Source: Octopus bimaculoides
Taxonomy: Eukaryota
Direction of reading: 5' to 3'
DNA: 64,000 bases
NCBI RefSeq assembly: GCF_001194135.2
Contig: NC_068994.1
Coordinates: forward strand, 36,517,093-36,581,092
Position 1 is the stretch's first letter. Each line of letters begins with the position of its first letter. This document shows positions 26,214 to 39,756 of the stretch, piece by piece. Under the pieces are notes generated by a model. It saw only the letters and a program-made list of their open reading frames with translations. It made no database searches and had not been told where the DNA came from. A program made the translations under genes and the position numbers.

Positions 26214-27320
26214 TTCAGTCATCATTTTATCAAAAATATTTCTGCTGAAATATGTCAAATACTATATGTAGCTTGTGCCCTGCTCTGTTCCTCACAAGCA
26301 TTACTTGAAGGAATATTATATATGTGTCTGTGTTTGTCTCCCCTCCCCAACTACATGACAACTGTTGTTGGCTTATTTACATTCCTGTAACTTAGTGGTT
26401 CAGCATAAGTACCAGACTTAAAAAAAGAAATAAAAGAATATAAGTACTGGGGCTTGGTTTGACTAAACAACTCAAGTGGTGCCCTCACTTTGCTACTATC
26501 CAATGACTGAAATAAGTTAAAGATATATGTTGTTACAAATGCTCCATACTCATATTTCTCTATTGCTGTTAATACTATTATTATCACAGTACTGTGACAT
26601 AGATACATATAGTAATTTTTGCATTGAAATCATTATTATTCATTTATTCTTTCATTCATTTAATATCCGTTTTTTGTATTCATGCTAGAATGGATTGGAA
26701 AGAAATATGTGAGGAAACATTTTATGGCCAAATGGCTTTCCTGTAGCCAATCTTACCCTTTTTTTTTTTCAAGTAAGGGATCTTTTTATTTCACTGATTT
26801 TCAAAAATGCAGAGCAGTGAGTTATGTGACATATATCAACAATGAATTATTTTTAAATTTCAAACCACTTCACACAAAAGGTATCAAGCAAAGCTGTAGA
26901 ATGCTAACACATCCACACACATCTATAAAAATTATGAACTTACATCCAGTTTCCTTCTACCAATTTTATGCCAAGGTATTGGCTGGCTGGTGGCTATAAT
27001 AGAAGATTCAGCCCTAGATACAGCACAGTGAGACTGGACCTGAAACCATCCTATTTTAACCATTCAATTATGTCTGTAATTATATCTTAGTAATAATATG
27101 GATTAAGGATGAAGCTCTGCATATTATATTAATTTTATCATTTTGTCGATATTTTTTTATCATTGTTTAAGTGAGTCCATCTTATTTCTATGACCAACAA
27201 TCTAGTGTTATGGTTAGCACTTAAATTTTAAAAGAAAGTTTTCCCAAGTGTATTTGTCTACCCATTTATGTATTAAAATATATCTGCCATTTCAGAGTTT
27301 TACTACTTTTTTCACAAAGA

Positions 27321-27351
<31 letters not shown>

Positions 27352-30300
27352 TGAGAGAGAGAGAGAGAGGGGGTGGAGAGGGAGTAAAAGTTGAGTTTGT
27401 TGCGTTACTAATTTTGAGACTTGGCAAAGAATATATAGAACTTGTCTACAAAATAATGTTTATATATGATCCATTGTTTTCTGTTAGAGCAATCAAGTAT
27501 GATTATTTTTTATATGTAGTTAAGCAAGATCACTTTCATGATCATATTTTTTAAAGGCTATTATTCTGCTCATATTCTTTTGATTATCATCAGCCCATGT
27601 AATTAGGTATTTAATTTTCTCTGTAAATCTTCTCTTCTTTCAGTAACAAGCTTGAGAATGAATTTCTATGTTCATTTGCTCTGAGCTCCATGTAATAAAG
27701 CTTCAAGTTTTTGTATTCATAAAGCTAAGGCCAGTGATATGGTGAATACTTAATAAATACTGAATTAATCTGAGATGTTGACTTTGGTCTTCGTTTAGTG
27801 CTATAATACATTGACTAACTAATCATAAGATGCCTTTCACCAATGTTTAGCTTTTTTCTAAAAAGATTTTCAGATTTGAGCATGTTGAAACAGATTGTCT
27901 CTCATACAGAAAAAAAAAAAAGAAAAACAAGTTACATATATATGGTATAAAATAATGAAGGGATATTTTGTTAGTGGTCTCTTGTTTTAAGTAAAGGCAT
28001 TGTGTTATCTGAGATTAATGGGTTTTTTTTTCTCTCTAAGAATCTCAGAAAGCATGACATGTTTCTCAGCTTACACTCTATTGATAGTCATGCATGTATA
28101 TATTGTTGTGATCTATATCGCTGTCCCTTTAATCAGATCAATATAGATTAGTTTCTTTCCACTGATAATTCAGGCTGTGCATCCTCTCAGGAACACTTCT
28201 AATGTTTTCTGTTTTTATTGTCACAATGCTAGCACCAACCTTATTAACTTTATATATACATATATATTTCTTTCTTATTGATATCATGATTTGTCTTCAC
28301 CATCTGACATGCAATCTTCTCACATTCCATCCTGCTTACACCATATTTAGAATATTCATGCTGGAACTACAACCATTCTTGCCAATTATATATGCTTTCT
28401 AGACTTCTAGCTATTTTACTAAGCATGATGAGATAAGAAGTATTTTATTCTATTCTCTAAACATGATGAAAAGTACTCTATTCAGTAACCCTTCTTGAAC
28501 AAAACTCTGGCTGAGGAATACTTTTATAGCCTAAAACAGCAAGACGGTGGCTGTGTTTGATATATAGAAAAATGTAGGCTTGCGTTCAATAACAGATACA
28601 CAATGGAATCAGTGAATGTACTGTATATTTAGTAGTTTTTTTTATGTAGGCTTACTGTGAATGAACACCTCAACTTATAGAGATACAGAGAAGCCTATGA
28701 AATAAACACCTGAAAGACTAAAAAATGTTAATAAATGTTGGAATTTATTATTGTAAGAAGAGGAGCAAATATGTTAAGATTTTAAATATAAGGTAGAGGT
28801 AATTTTATTATATATCCAACCATTCTCTATATAAAAGAGTGACTGGTTTATATTTAGTTCCAGATCAGCCTGGAACATGCATATATATGATTTAAAGGCA
28901 TTCCAGCTGTGACTATTTCACTTTTCTTGTATATATTGGATTACAATTACCAATGTCTCCTTATATTTTAAAATGGTATGGCATGATTTAATGGATTTAT
29001 GGCTACTATTTCTAGCAGGTCAAATGATTTTGAAGAGGCTCCCTCATTAGTTTTAGTGGCATGGTATGGATATTAGAAGTGCAGTACCATTAAGCATTAA
29101 GACATAGGCAAAAATAGCTGCATAACCTTCCATTTTTTAATGGAATACTTTTGAGTGATACAATCTGATATATATATATATATATATATTATTTTATTAG
29201 ATGGATGTAAGTTCATCCTTTAATTGGAATTATTTCCAAAGTTTTCTAATGTCTTTTCTTCATACTTTACTTTTGAATTATCTTATATAAATTTGTATAG
29301 GTATGAAAGCTTGTTAATTACTGATTATTTACACACACACACACACACACACATATATAATACAAATAATAAATGAGTATATGCATATATACGTACATGT
29401 ATGTACATACCTACATGTACATGTATATATAGATGCATATCTGGATACAGGACGTTGCAAAAAAACGTGGACAAAATGATAAACAGAGTACAGAAAACAC
29501 ACAGGCCACACACACACACACACACATATATATATNNNNNNNNNNNNNNNNNNNNNNNNNNNNNNNNNNNNNNNNNNNNNNTATATATATATATGCACAC
29601 ACACACACACACCTTTCATTCTATCTTTCTTTTAATCTTCTCATCTCTATACTTTCCTTTCCATTCCTATAGAACATTATTTTCCATCGCATTACTTATA
29701 CACATGCCTATGTAACTATTATAATACACATATAAAAGCACACACACACACACACACAAATGTTTATATAGATGCATGTATAAGCGTGTATATTTTACAT
29801 AGTTAAGCATTTTTAGCTTAGAATGCACAAAACATTTTCTGAATTTTAGTTAACCTTACTAGATTTCTAAAACCAGTCAATGAAACCAATATTTGGTGAC
29901 TGAGTTGAGAGTGCTCAGGAATTAACAGGCTAATTCTCTTGGTGTTGAATGATAGTCAATAAAATATTCAATAGATTATATTACAACCCGAATTATATTG
30001 AATATAAACTTTGTGGCAAATAGACACTATGAAATACTCTCTTAATTATAAATTATTTACTTCATCCCATTTTGTTGACAGTAAACAATAACATTGACAA
30101 TTTATTTTGAATAATTGTTATATAGAAATAATCATGTTGTAAAGTTATAGTTATTATTATTATCATTTTTAATATAAAATCAACATAAAACTGAGTCAAT
30201 TAATCTTAAGTTCAGATTTCGTTGAATGCAAAAATAAAGATAATAAAAAATTGTAATAACAAAAATTATAATGACATTTATGGACTATGAATTTTTGTCT

Positions 30301-32214
30301 TTTGAGAGAAAACAAAAAGAAAGCGGTTTAGATAAGAAAATTTTTTAGAAAATAGTTACAATATTGATATAAATACTGATCAATAATCATAGATAAAACA
30401 TTATATGACCATAAGATTCTTCGTGAGGCCTTTAGGTTAGAGGATCATATTCTTTGAAAGACAGTTTTAAAATATTAGAATAATAAAAAGATTATGATTT
30501 CTTTTTCTTTTTTTGAGAATATCACATTAAAATGCTAAATTTTTCATTATTGCTGTCCCCCATTTCATTTTTTTCCCCACATTGTAATAATTCATTTTGT
30601 TTCAAAAGAAAAGTGACCATCATGTCAATTCTAAAATTAGTTTAAAGAGGTGAAGCAAGATTACATTGAAATTCTTAAAATATGCTTTAAATTAATACAT
30701 AAATATTGATAATTTGTACTTTAAGAAATCAAACAATTCAAATTGGATAAAACTAAAAAAGTATCTTAAGGCTTACTAAAAAAAATAGAATTAAAGAATT
30801 AAATTAAGCTATATAGTCACAGTTATTCTTACAGTTAATTTCTTTCTTTCCAAGTTTATGAATAAAAAGAAAAGCCATTTTAATTTGTCAAATGAATTTC
30901 TGATCAAAATGAATGAACCTTTTCTTTTAAAAATCAAAACTTTTTCAATTGTAATTATATTTTCAGATTTAACTATTAATTGATACTTGAAAAGATACAA
31001 TTCATTTAATTGATATAGCACTTAACAACTGTTATATGTTACAATTATAAATAAAGAGAAAGGAAAAAGAAATATATATAAAATTTTCTTTTCTTATATC
31101 TATTTTTATTGCTATTATTGCTTTTTTTTGAAATTTTAGATGATTTTATGGTGCCATGTAACTAATTGTGAAATTAAATTGTTCATGTAGAAAATGACAA
31201 GAACAATACTTTTAGAGAATGATTACATTTTGAAATCATTAAACTATATTCTATAAAAGAACATCATTATTGTTTCCAGAAACAATAAAAAGTAAAAAGA
31301 ATGACTGTTAAAATTTTTTGCATTCATAAGGGATATCTAAAAGTAAACAGTAACTATTAATCTATAGAATTAAACAAAAATAATTAGATCTTTAATTTTC
31401 TTAGGTAATGATGTGAGACTAAACTTAGTATATACGAAACTGAAGCATATAAAGAAATCCTTAATTTGTCAAATTAATTAAAGGCTTTTATTTCTGATGT
31501 CATTATGTCATGATTTGAACCTCATTTAAATTTTTTGTTCCTGAAGGATGTTTTAAGACTGTTGCTGATTTGTGTTCTACTGATTCTTTCTCAAAATTCT
31601 AGAGTCATATTTTTGGCACACTTATTTTAAATAATTGAGAAGTAGTGCATTAATTTTGTCATGGAACAAAAACATTACTCCTCATGCCTCTTGGACTCAA
31701 AGAACAACTATAGCAACAGCTGCAGCTGGTATAACCAGCTGTATAACTTCCTAAAATGTGAGGCCTTGTGCCTCTAGCAGAAACCAATACAGTTTTTTAC
31801 AATTTGTTATGGCTCATTGATCGTGTTTGATTCGTATAATGTTAAGTTATTAAACCGTTTAAGTTACAGCAGAACAAATTTTTCATATTCCATCTCTGAA
31901 TATACAAATCAACTTTTGGTCATTATATGAATGCAACATTTTTATTGAAATATGGTTTCTGTAATCATGTATTACCTCTTTGTTCATAATTTTTCATGAT
32001 TAAGTTATATATTTGTTTGTGTATTAGTGATAAATTATTTCCCTTGTATTTTATCAAGACATTATTTTTTTATTTTTTATTTGTATGTCTGTGACCTTTT
32101 GCCAGTCTCTCTAAAAATAAATATATCAAACTGAACTTATCAGATGTTTAATAGCATTGTTACATCCTTATTGTATTAAATATATTTTACTAGATTTTTG
32201 AGATTTCACTAGTA

Positions 32215-32830
32215 CATGGTCTGATCAATAAGTATACGGACTGTTACCATCGTAACGAGGCTAAAGCATGTAGAGCAAAGCTGCTTAGCACAGATTGATT
32301 TTAAACACTGCTATGCATGTGCACTAAGCTTTAACGTTCTAGCTTACTTCCGCTGTTCACAGCAGTGCTTGGAAGGAAGGTGTCTAGTGTGTGATCATCA
32401 CATTGACCATGACAGAGAAAGTTGAGCAGAAAATCTGCATCAAATTTTGCCAAAAGCTTGGCAATACCTGCTCAGAGGCCTATGCAAATTTTTCAAAGAA
32501 TTTTCATCATTCTTGGCACATTCAAAGAGATCTTGTGCAATTGAAACCCAAGTGGCTTTTTGTTCAGCTGAAAGCAGTTTTGGCACAAACTTGGCAGATA
32601 CATGTCGCATCCCCAAATCTTCAGTGATAGTGGACTGAACTGAACCATAACTAATCTTCACAATCTCTGATAACTCACAGATGGTGATTTGACAATTTCT
32701 CCTCACAGCTGCATGCACATCTGCAATGTTTTTCTCAGTTCTACTGGTTGCGGGTCTCCCAGAACATTCGTCAATATTGACATTTTTTTTTTTGGCCATC
32801 TTGGAAATGTCTGAACCATTTTTAAACTTA
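32215..32830. mobile_element. Truncated mariner with internal inversion
   Basis: Left TIR-like TA-CATGGTCTGATCAATAAGTATACGGAC. Plus-strand N-terminus MTEKVEQKICIKFCQKLGNTCSEAYA (32409-32488). The continuation (KWFRHFQDG...SGRPATS...AKFVPKLLSAEQK...ENSLK) is on the minus strand at about 32830-32489. Confidence 0.85.
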
Positions 32831-32849
32831 TGTTAATATGATGATTGAA

Positions 32850-33070
32850 GAACAAGTGTTAAGGGATGGATGTAAGGAATAGTGGATAAGGTGTGGATTT
32901 GTGTGTCGAATGAAGTGCAGAGCAGAATTGTAATGCTGATACAGTAGACAGGGTTAAGATGAAAGTGAGAGAGAGATGACATATGGTTGTGTAAGTTGTC
33001 AGAATGTGATGGGGGGGGGGGGTACGATGATGCAGGCATAGCGTAAAGGGAGAGTGAGAGGCACATGGTG
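32850..33070 (+). mobile_element. Decayed RTE LINE C-terminal remnant
   Basis: Purine-rich stretch ...GAGAGAGATGACATATGGTTGT...GTGATG resembles the coding of RRLxWYGHVMR; heavily mutated. Confidence 0.4.
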
Positions 33071-34659
33071 AAATGGAGAAATAGTTTGGTAGCTCAGGGA
33101 TGGGAGTGATCAGGGTTAAATGTGGGTAGAAAGGACAGAATCAGGATGACTGATGGCTTATCAAGTGAAATGTTTATGGGTAATGAGAAAGCTTAGAAGT
33201 ATCAAGGAAATGAAACAGTTAGACAGATGATGGGCTGTGGAGATGTCTTGAGGAGGAGATGGGGTGAAAGCTGTGCATATATTGGGCTTCCAGAACTTAG
33301 TTTCACTTGTTAGGGGAGGTCTTCCTGGGAACTGCATTATAGTATGTTGCCTGTTATCCCAGAAAATATGTATTCATGTGTGTGTGTGTGTGTGTGTGGA
33401 GAGAGAGAGAGAGATAAATATACATATGTATGTGTATGTCTGTACATACATGTATACATAGATTACATACATATACATGTGTATATGTATATATATGTGC
33501 ATGTACTATATATTATGTACATATAACTTTTGATTTTGTATTTTTTTTTCATTGATGCTTTCAGTACAAGAGCATTTGGGGAAAAATGAAGTGTGAAAGA
33601 AATAGCAAATAACTAATTGTGCATACAGGGATGGGAAGCGTTTAGAATGGGAAAGGAAGGGAATTTGAGAGAGAGAGAGAGAGAGGGAGAGATATAGCAG
33701 CTGTAAGTGGAGAGAGATGAGTGTGAAAATGAAGCACAGATTTAGCATAGAAAGAAAGGAGATGAATGTTGGTCAGTTTGAGGCAGCCTGTGGTATGCAG
33801 CCTGTGAAAACCATTATTCATATTCTTGTCTTTACATACTTTATATACATATACATGAAAGCAGTGGAAACTGGACTACTAGCAGAAAAATATTCATGCA
33901 TAAGAGATATATTTATGAATACGGAGTTGGATATGAAGAGTCACATAGAAAGAGTGTATATTGCATTACTAGCATGTATGTTGTATTACTAGCATGTATG
34001 TTCTAATATATATGCATAACACACACACACACACACACATGCATGCACACACACACACACACACATGCATGCACACACACACACACACACACATGCATGC
34101 ACACACACACACACACAGACACGCACAGAATGGTACATGCACTTGTAATGAACAATATCATGTGTATATATGAAACCTGAACACTTGCAGAGAGCGGACA
34201 TGGTGGAGTAAGAATTGAGGTGATTATGGGGTTGCAAAATACAGAATTGAAAGTTATATTCTGCAGCCTTCCTTCTTATTCCAATTCCATCTGCCTGTTG
34301 AAACTATCTTGTAGATTCCCTTCCTCTTTCTCTCTTATCAATTTGTTTCCTCCAAACACTTCTCTCCAGTACATATGCGGCATTTTGCAATTTTCTGTAT
34401 TTCTTCACACATCCCTTATTCTCAGATGCTAAAGATGAAGAACCCCTTTTCAAGTTTTCCAAAGAGAAAATGTATTATTTTATAATCATAAAAGTAACAG
34501 TTGATTATTGTTAAACACCTACAGCATTACCCATATCATATGATATTCCCCTCACCATTATCATCATCATCGTGTGTATATGTTTGTGTGTGTGTGTGTA
34601 TAAATATAAATAAACTAACATTTGTTTTTTTATTAGAAATGTGAGAACAGCAGAAATAC

Positions 34660-34748
34660 TGGGTAAATTTGTCAGCAAACAGTCATGAGACTCAAACCCA
34701 CATCCCTGAAGACTCCGGCTGAGTGTTTTACCATTAAGCTAAACTGCC
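34660..34748 (-). mobile_element. tRNA-derived SINE head
   Basis: Reverse complement GGCAGTTTAGCTTAATGGTAAAACAC...GGGTTTGAGTCTC has A-box- and B-box-like motifs but no intact cloverleaf. Confidence 0.6.
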
Positions 34749-34774
34749 TGCTGACAAGTTCATCTGCTAATCTA

Positions 34775-34974
34775 CAGGGTGTCCACAAGGTCTGGGTACA
34801 TGGAGTAAATAAAATCATAACATAAACAATTAAATATAAGAAATAATAATTTCTTAAAGTATGTGTTAATCCCCATGTGGGTACATGGGGTAAATAAAAT
34901 CATAATATAAACAATTAAATATAGGAAATAATAATTTCTTAAAGTATGTGTTAATCCCCATGAACCCAGTCTTT
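34775..34974 (+). mobile_element. Tc1/mariner-type MITE remnant with an 85-bp tandem duplication
   Basis: TA-CAGGGTGTCCACAAGGTCTGGGTACATGG left end. Units 34793-34877 and 34878-34962 are near-identical. Partial right TIR CCATGAACCCAGTCTTT. Confidence 0.65.
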
Positions 34975-35489
34975 CTGCTTCTTTCTTCTTTTTGTTTAAC
35001 ATCCATTTTTCATGCTGGCATGGGTTGGACTGTTTTATGGGTGTGGGCCAGCTAGGGAACTGTTCAGATTCCAGTTGTTTGTTGTGGCTTAGTTTCTCCA
35101 ACTGGATGCCCTTCCTAATGTTAGCGTACTTTACAGTGTACTGGGTGCTTTTTACATTCTACTGACATGGGTATGTTTATGTAGCACCTGCACGAGTGCA
35201 TTTTATATAGTACTGGAACCTGTAAAGGACAAGCCTGTATGTATGGATGACAGCGATTTTACTTAGGTTGATGCATCTTCTCAAGTACAACAAATCACTG
35301 CAACTCCCAAACCCAGGATATAGAATGATGAGAGAGAACAAATTAGGCTGTGTGGGTCAAAAAGAGCAAGTGTATGATGACATGTAGATGATTGACAGTA
35401 CAGGATAGGAAGGTGAAGTTACATATATACACACACACATGTCCGCCACTACAGTCCTCCATGGCACAGGTTTAATTTGTGTATACAAA

Positions 35490-35765
35490 TTTAATTTGCG
35501 GTCCATGGGAAGAGCCGTTTTAACGATGCATCCTGCCCAAATCTTCGAAACGCCGGTGTTAAAACGGGGGTAGCTGATGAAGGAAAATGTTCTCTATGTG
35601 GCTTGTGTGTTTTCTGTACTCTGGTTATTATTATTTTCTTGTCTACGTTTTGTTTACAATGTCCTGTACCCAGATATGCACCTATATATACAGGTAGACG
35701 TAGGTATGCACATACCTGTATGTATATATGCATATACTCCTTTATTATTTGTTTTATATATATAT
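35490..35765. repeat. Dispersed repeat; inverted homologue at about 29350-29510
   Basis: GTGGCTTGTGTGTTTTCTGTACTCTG...GTCCTGTACCCAGATATGCA matches the reverse complement of TGCATATCTGGATACAGGAC...CAGAGTACAGAAAACACACAGGCCAC. Confidence 0.8.
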
Positions 35766-36685
35766 ATATNNNNNNNNNNNNNNNNNNNNNNNNNNNNNNN
35801 NNNNNNNNNNNNNNNNNNNNNNNNNNNNNNNNNNNNNNNNNNNNNNNNNNNNNNNNNNNNNNNNNNNNNNNNNNNNNNNNNNNNNNNNNNNNNNNNNNNN
35901 NNNNNNNNNNNNNNNNNNNNNNNNNNNNNNNNNNNNNNNNNNNNNNNNNNNNNNNNNNNNNNNNNNNNNNNNNNNNNNNNNNNNNNNNNNNNNNNNNNNN
36001 NNNNNNNNNNNNNNNNNNNNNNNNNNNNNNNNNNNNNNNNNNNNNNNNNNNNNNNNNNNNNNNNNNNNNNNNNNNNNNNNNNNNNNNNNNNNNNNNNNNN
36101 NNNNNNNNNNNNNNNNNNNNNNNNNNNNNNNNNNNNNNNNNNNNNNNNNNNNNNNNNNNNNNNNNNNNNNNNNNNNNNNNNNNNNNNNNNNNNNNNNNNN
36201 NNNNNNNNNNNNNNNNNNNNNNNNNNNNNNNNNNNNNNNNNNNNNNNNNNNNNNNNNNNNNNNNNNNNNNNNNNNNNNNNNNNNNNNNNNNNNNNNNNNN
36301 NNNNNNNNNNNNNNNNNNNNNNNNNNNNNNNNNNNNNNNNNNNNNNNNNNNNNNNNNNNNNNNNNNNNNNNNNNNNNNNNNNNNNNNNNNNNNNNNNNNN
36401 NNNNNNNNNNNNNNNNNNNNNNNNNNNNNNNNNNNNNNNNNNNNNNNNNNNNNNNNNNNNNNNNNNNNNNNNNNNNNNNNNNNNNNNNNNNNNNNNNNNN
36501 NNNNNNNNNNNNNNNNNNNNNNNNNNNNNNNNNNNNNNNNNNNNNNNNNNNNNNNNNNNNNNNNNNNNNNNNNNNNNNNNNNNNNNNNNNNNNNNNNNNN
36601 NNNNNNNNNNNNNNNNNNNNNNNNNNNNNNNNNNNNNNNNNNNNNNNNNNNNNNNNNNNNNNNNNNNNNNNNNNNATATATATAT

Positions 36686-37112
36686 TTCCTTTTACTTGTT
36701 TCAGTTATTTGACTGCATACATGCTGGAGCACCGCCTTTTGTTGAACAAATTGACTCCAAGACTTATTCTTTGTAAGCCTAGTACTTATTCTATCAGTCT
36801 CTTTTTCTGACTTGAGTGGATTTGGTAGATAGAAACTGAAAGAAATCTGTCGTATGTATATATATATATATATATATGTATATATCTGTGTGTGTGTGTG
36901 TGTGTTTGTGTGTGTATTTGTCCCCACTACCACTTGACAACTAGTGTTAGTTTGTTTATGTACCTGCAACCTAGTGGTTTAGCAAAAGACCAATAGAATA
37001 AGTACTAGACTTAAAAAAAAACAACTCCTGGGGTCGATTTGTGCGACTAAAACCCTTCAAGGCAGTGCACCAGCATGGCCAATGTCAAATAACTGAAACA
37101 AGTAAAAGGTAA
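36686..37112. mobile_element. Inverted pair of same-family SINE copies
   Basis: 36686-36812 is the reverse complement of about 36982-37110 (GATAGAATAAGTACTAG...CCAGCATG...GTCAAATAACTGAAACAAGTAAAAGG). Confidence 0.85.
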
Positions 37113-37267
37113 AAGATAAAAGATGAGAAACTTTTAAGAAAACATTTTGACAGAGCAAAAATTATTGTGTTTATAATTCAGGATATGTTGCATATATTTT
37201 ACAATAGCTATATAAAGTAATACGGGTTTAAATATATGAATCCAGTATTTCATGTATTTCAAATTTT

Positions 37268-37450
37268 GGCACAAGGCCAGTAACTCTGAGGGAGGGGCAA
37301 GTCGATTACATCAACCCTAATGTTCAATTGATACTTATTTTATTAACCTCAAAAGATGAAATGCAAAGTCAACTCTTGCAGCACTTGAATTTAGAACATA
37401 AGGACAGACAAAATGCCACTTAGCATTTTGCCCTGTGCAATAACTGTTCT
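37268..37450 (+). mobile_element. SINE copy (third repeat type)
   Basis: GGCACAAGGCCAG...GATACTTATTTTATTAACCTCAAAAGATGAAATGCAAAGTCAAC. Related fragments at about 18115-18205 and 45110-45190. Confidence 0.6.
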
Positions 37451-39612
37451 ACCAGTTTTCCGCCTTATTTCTCTACTATGATATATTGAAAAAGATATAA
37501 GTTATTAGAGAACTAAAACAGCCTCTCATAATAGTAATATGTGTTCAGCCATTTCTAATTCTGTAAGAAATAACTGTTTAAATCAATAGATAGATAAACT
37601 AAATAATTATGATCAATAAAAACGTCTTTTTGTGATTGTAGTTTAAAATTCAATTACTAAAGTCATTATTGTCAAACATTGAGCATCAAAAGAGCATATA
37701 TGTATAAATATNNNNNNNNNNGCAGCATCCTATTAAATTATTGTTAAATTAATCTTTTCTCCAAAGTAATGGTAAGGTGATATTTAAGTATCATTATGGA
37801 GAACCTTTCAAATTAGATGCAAGCAGACAAATTTGCTCTACTTTATAGTATCTAATGTGGTTAGGTTTTTATTCCTATCAGTCATATATATATACATATA
37901 TATTCTTCCTTAGACATCAGTAAGATCAGAAATGCAGCAAAAATTTAAAATATTCTGGTCAAATTAAAGAGGATCATGGGAAAATGGCACATGATATGAA
38001 ATTAATAAAACTTGACTAAATGCAAAACTTCATCATAAAATACTATCTATAGCTTCTTAACAATATGCTGGGCTGGCTCTCCATCTAATATATCTATACA
38101 ATAAAAAGTAGAAATTACTAAAATTAGTCGTTACTCATTTTGCCCCACTCTTGACATTCTTATTTATCATTTTTTATTGAAAATTTAAAATTATCAAATT
38201 AGACATTTGCATGAAAAAAAAAATTATGTGGAATCCAACAGAGAAAAGAAATTTGATAGCTAAACATCAAAAATTGTCCAGATATTTTATTAGCAACCTC
38301 AATCACAAACAGGTCAAATTTGAGGAAAAATTTCTTGAAAAAGAAGTACCTGCCACCTGACTATGTTTCAAGCTCCCTCAACTCCAGCAACAGCCATGTT
38401 GACCAAATTTTACCCCCAAAGATGATGCAACAGTACAGAATAACGATGTAATGCTTACAGTGTAATGGTTTCAAACAGGTAGGAAGAAAATAGTAAGAGA
38501 TCAGAAATTACTTAATTCGCCCCCACATCTTCAATCCCATCACCCATTTGCTGTATTTCAAATTAAACTATGGATTCACAACTGTTACAGTTGAATTACA
38601 AGCAAGCTTACAGTGAAGAAAATCTTTGTATGTCACAGATAGAGTAAGAGTAGCCATGGAGGTTTCACTTGTCTCTTTAGAAATTGCTGATAGCTTCCTT
38701 AATAAAAAAAGAACCTAATAAGCATTAGAGGTTGGTGATCAGGCAGCATAGAATCTTGAATAAAACTAGGAGGCAGAATATATTTATATGTGAGTCTGTA
38801 CGAATATGCTTACATGCACATACTTGTACTAACATGCTATCCTGAAAGTAATGTTTTGGCTGTGACATGTCCTTTCACATGTAATGATTATTCATTTACG
38901 CTTATGTATTTGTTTTGCAAGATTCCTGATCTGAAATCATGTGTTGAAACAGATATTGATATATTTAGAGATGGTTGTTTTTTCCCCCCAAATAAACAGG
39001 CACTATATATTCATTCTTTACTTCAGATTCATTATTGTTTTTATTTTATGTCCTTTGTCTGGAAATATTTCATCACACATCCTGTAACCTCTTCAGTGAC
39101 TTTCCATCCCATGTTTCTCCATTTGTTCTGTTTAGTCCATCGTGTTTTTTTATGGTCTGTATTCTTGTGTGTGTGTGTGTGTGTGTGCGCGGGCATGTGA
39201 GAGTGTATGCTTGTCTAAATTTTTTCTGCGTGTGTGTACATGGGTTTGCGTAATATATTGTTTGTATCCATGCCCTTTATTTAGTTTTGCTTTTTACTTA
39301 TTTACTTATCCATATCTCTATTTTTCTCCAGTTTTGCGTTGGGTATGTGCATGTGTATCATTTGTATGTTTGTATATGTGTTGCATAGGATTAATGGAGT
39401 AAACAATGAAGCTCAACAAATGTAGGGGTAAATCACTGGTGTTGAGAATACATTCCCTGGAAACAATTCAGTTGTTAGTGTTTAGCCTTTGCATTAAACC
39501 TGATTGAGATGATCCTGCTCATCATTAATCCTGATTGACCATCCATCTATCAATATATTAAGGACTACTTTCTCTCATCTTATATTTTATTATAGATGCA
39601 TTTTGCTTTGTG

Positions 39613-39756
39613 CACTAGCGTAACTAGGTGTGCTGCCTGGGCGGCCCTTTCGTTTGCTGCCCCTGGACCCCACAAAAAACACATATTGCCTACAGCAATA
39701 ACCTACAACAGGATGAAAAGTGCCAGACCACCCCTACCCCACTAGTTACGCTAGTG
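39613..39756. mobile_element. 144-bp hAT-type MITE
   Basis: Perfect 15-bp TIRs CACTAGCGTAACTAG (39613-39627) and CTAGTTACGCTAGTG (39742-39756). 8-bp flanks GCTTTGTG / GCTTTGGG (7/8). Confidence 0.85.

Noticed and set aside
34681-34748. tRNA gene
   Set aside because: Has A/B-box-like motifs but no intact acceptor or anticodon stems; SINE head.
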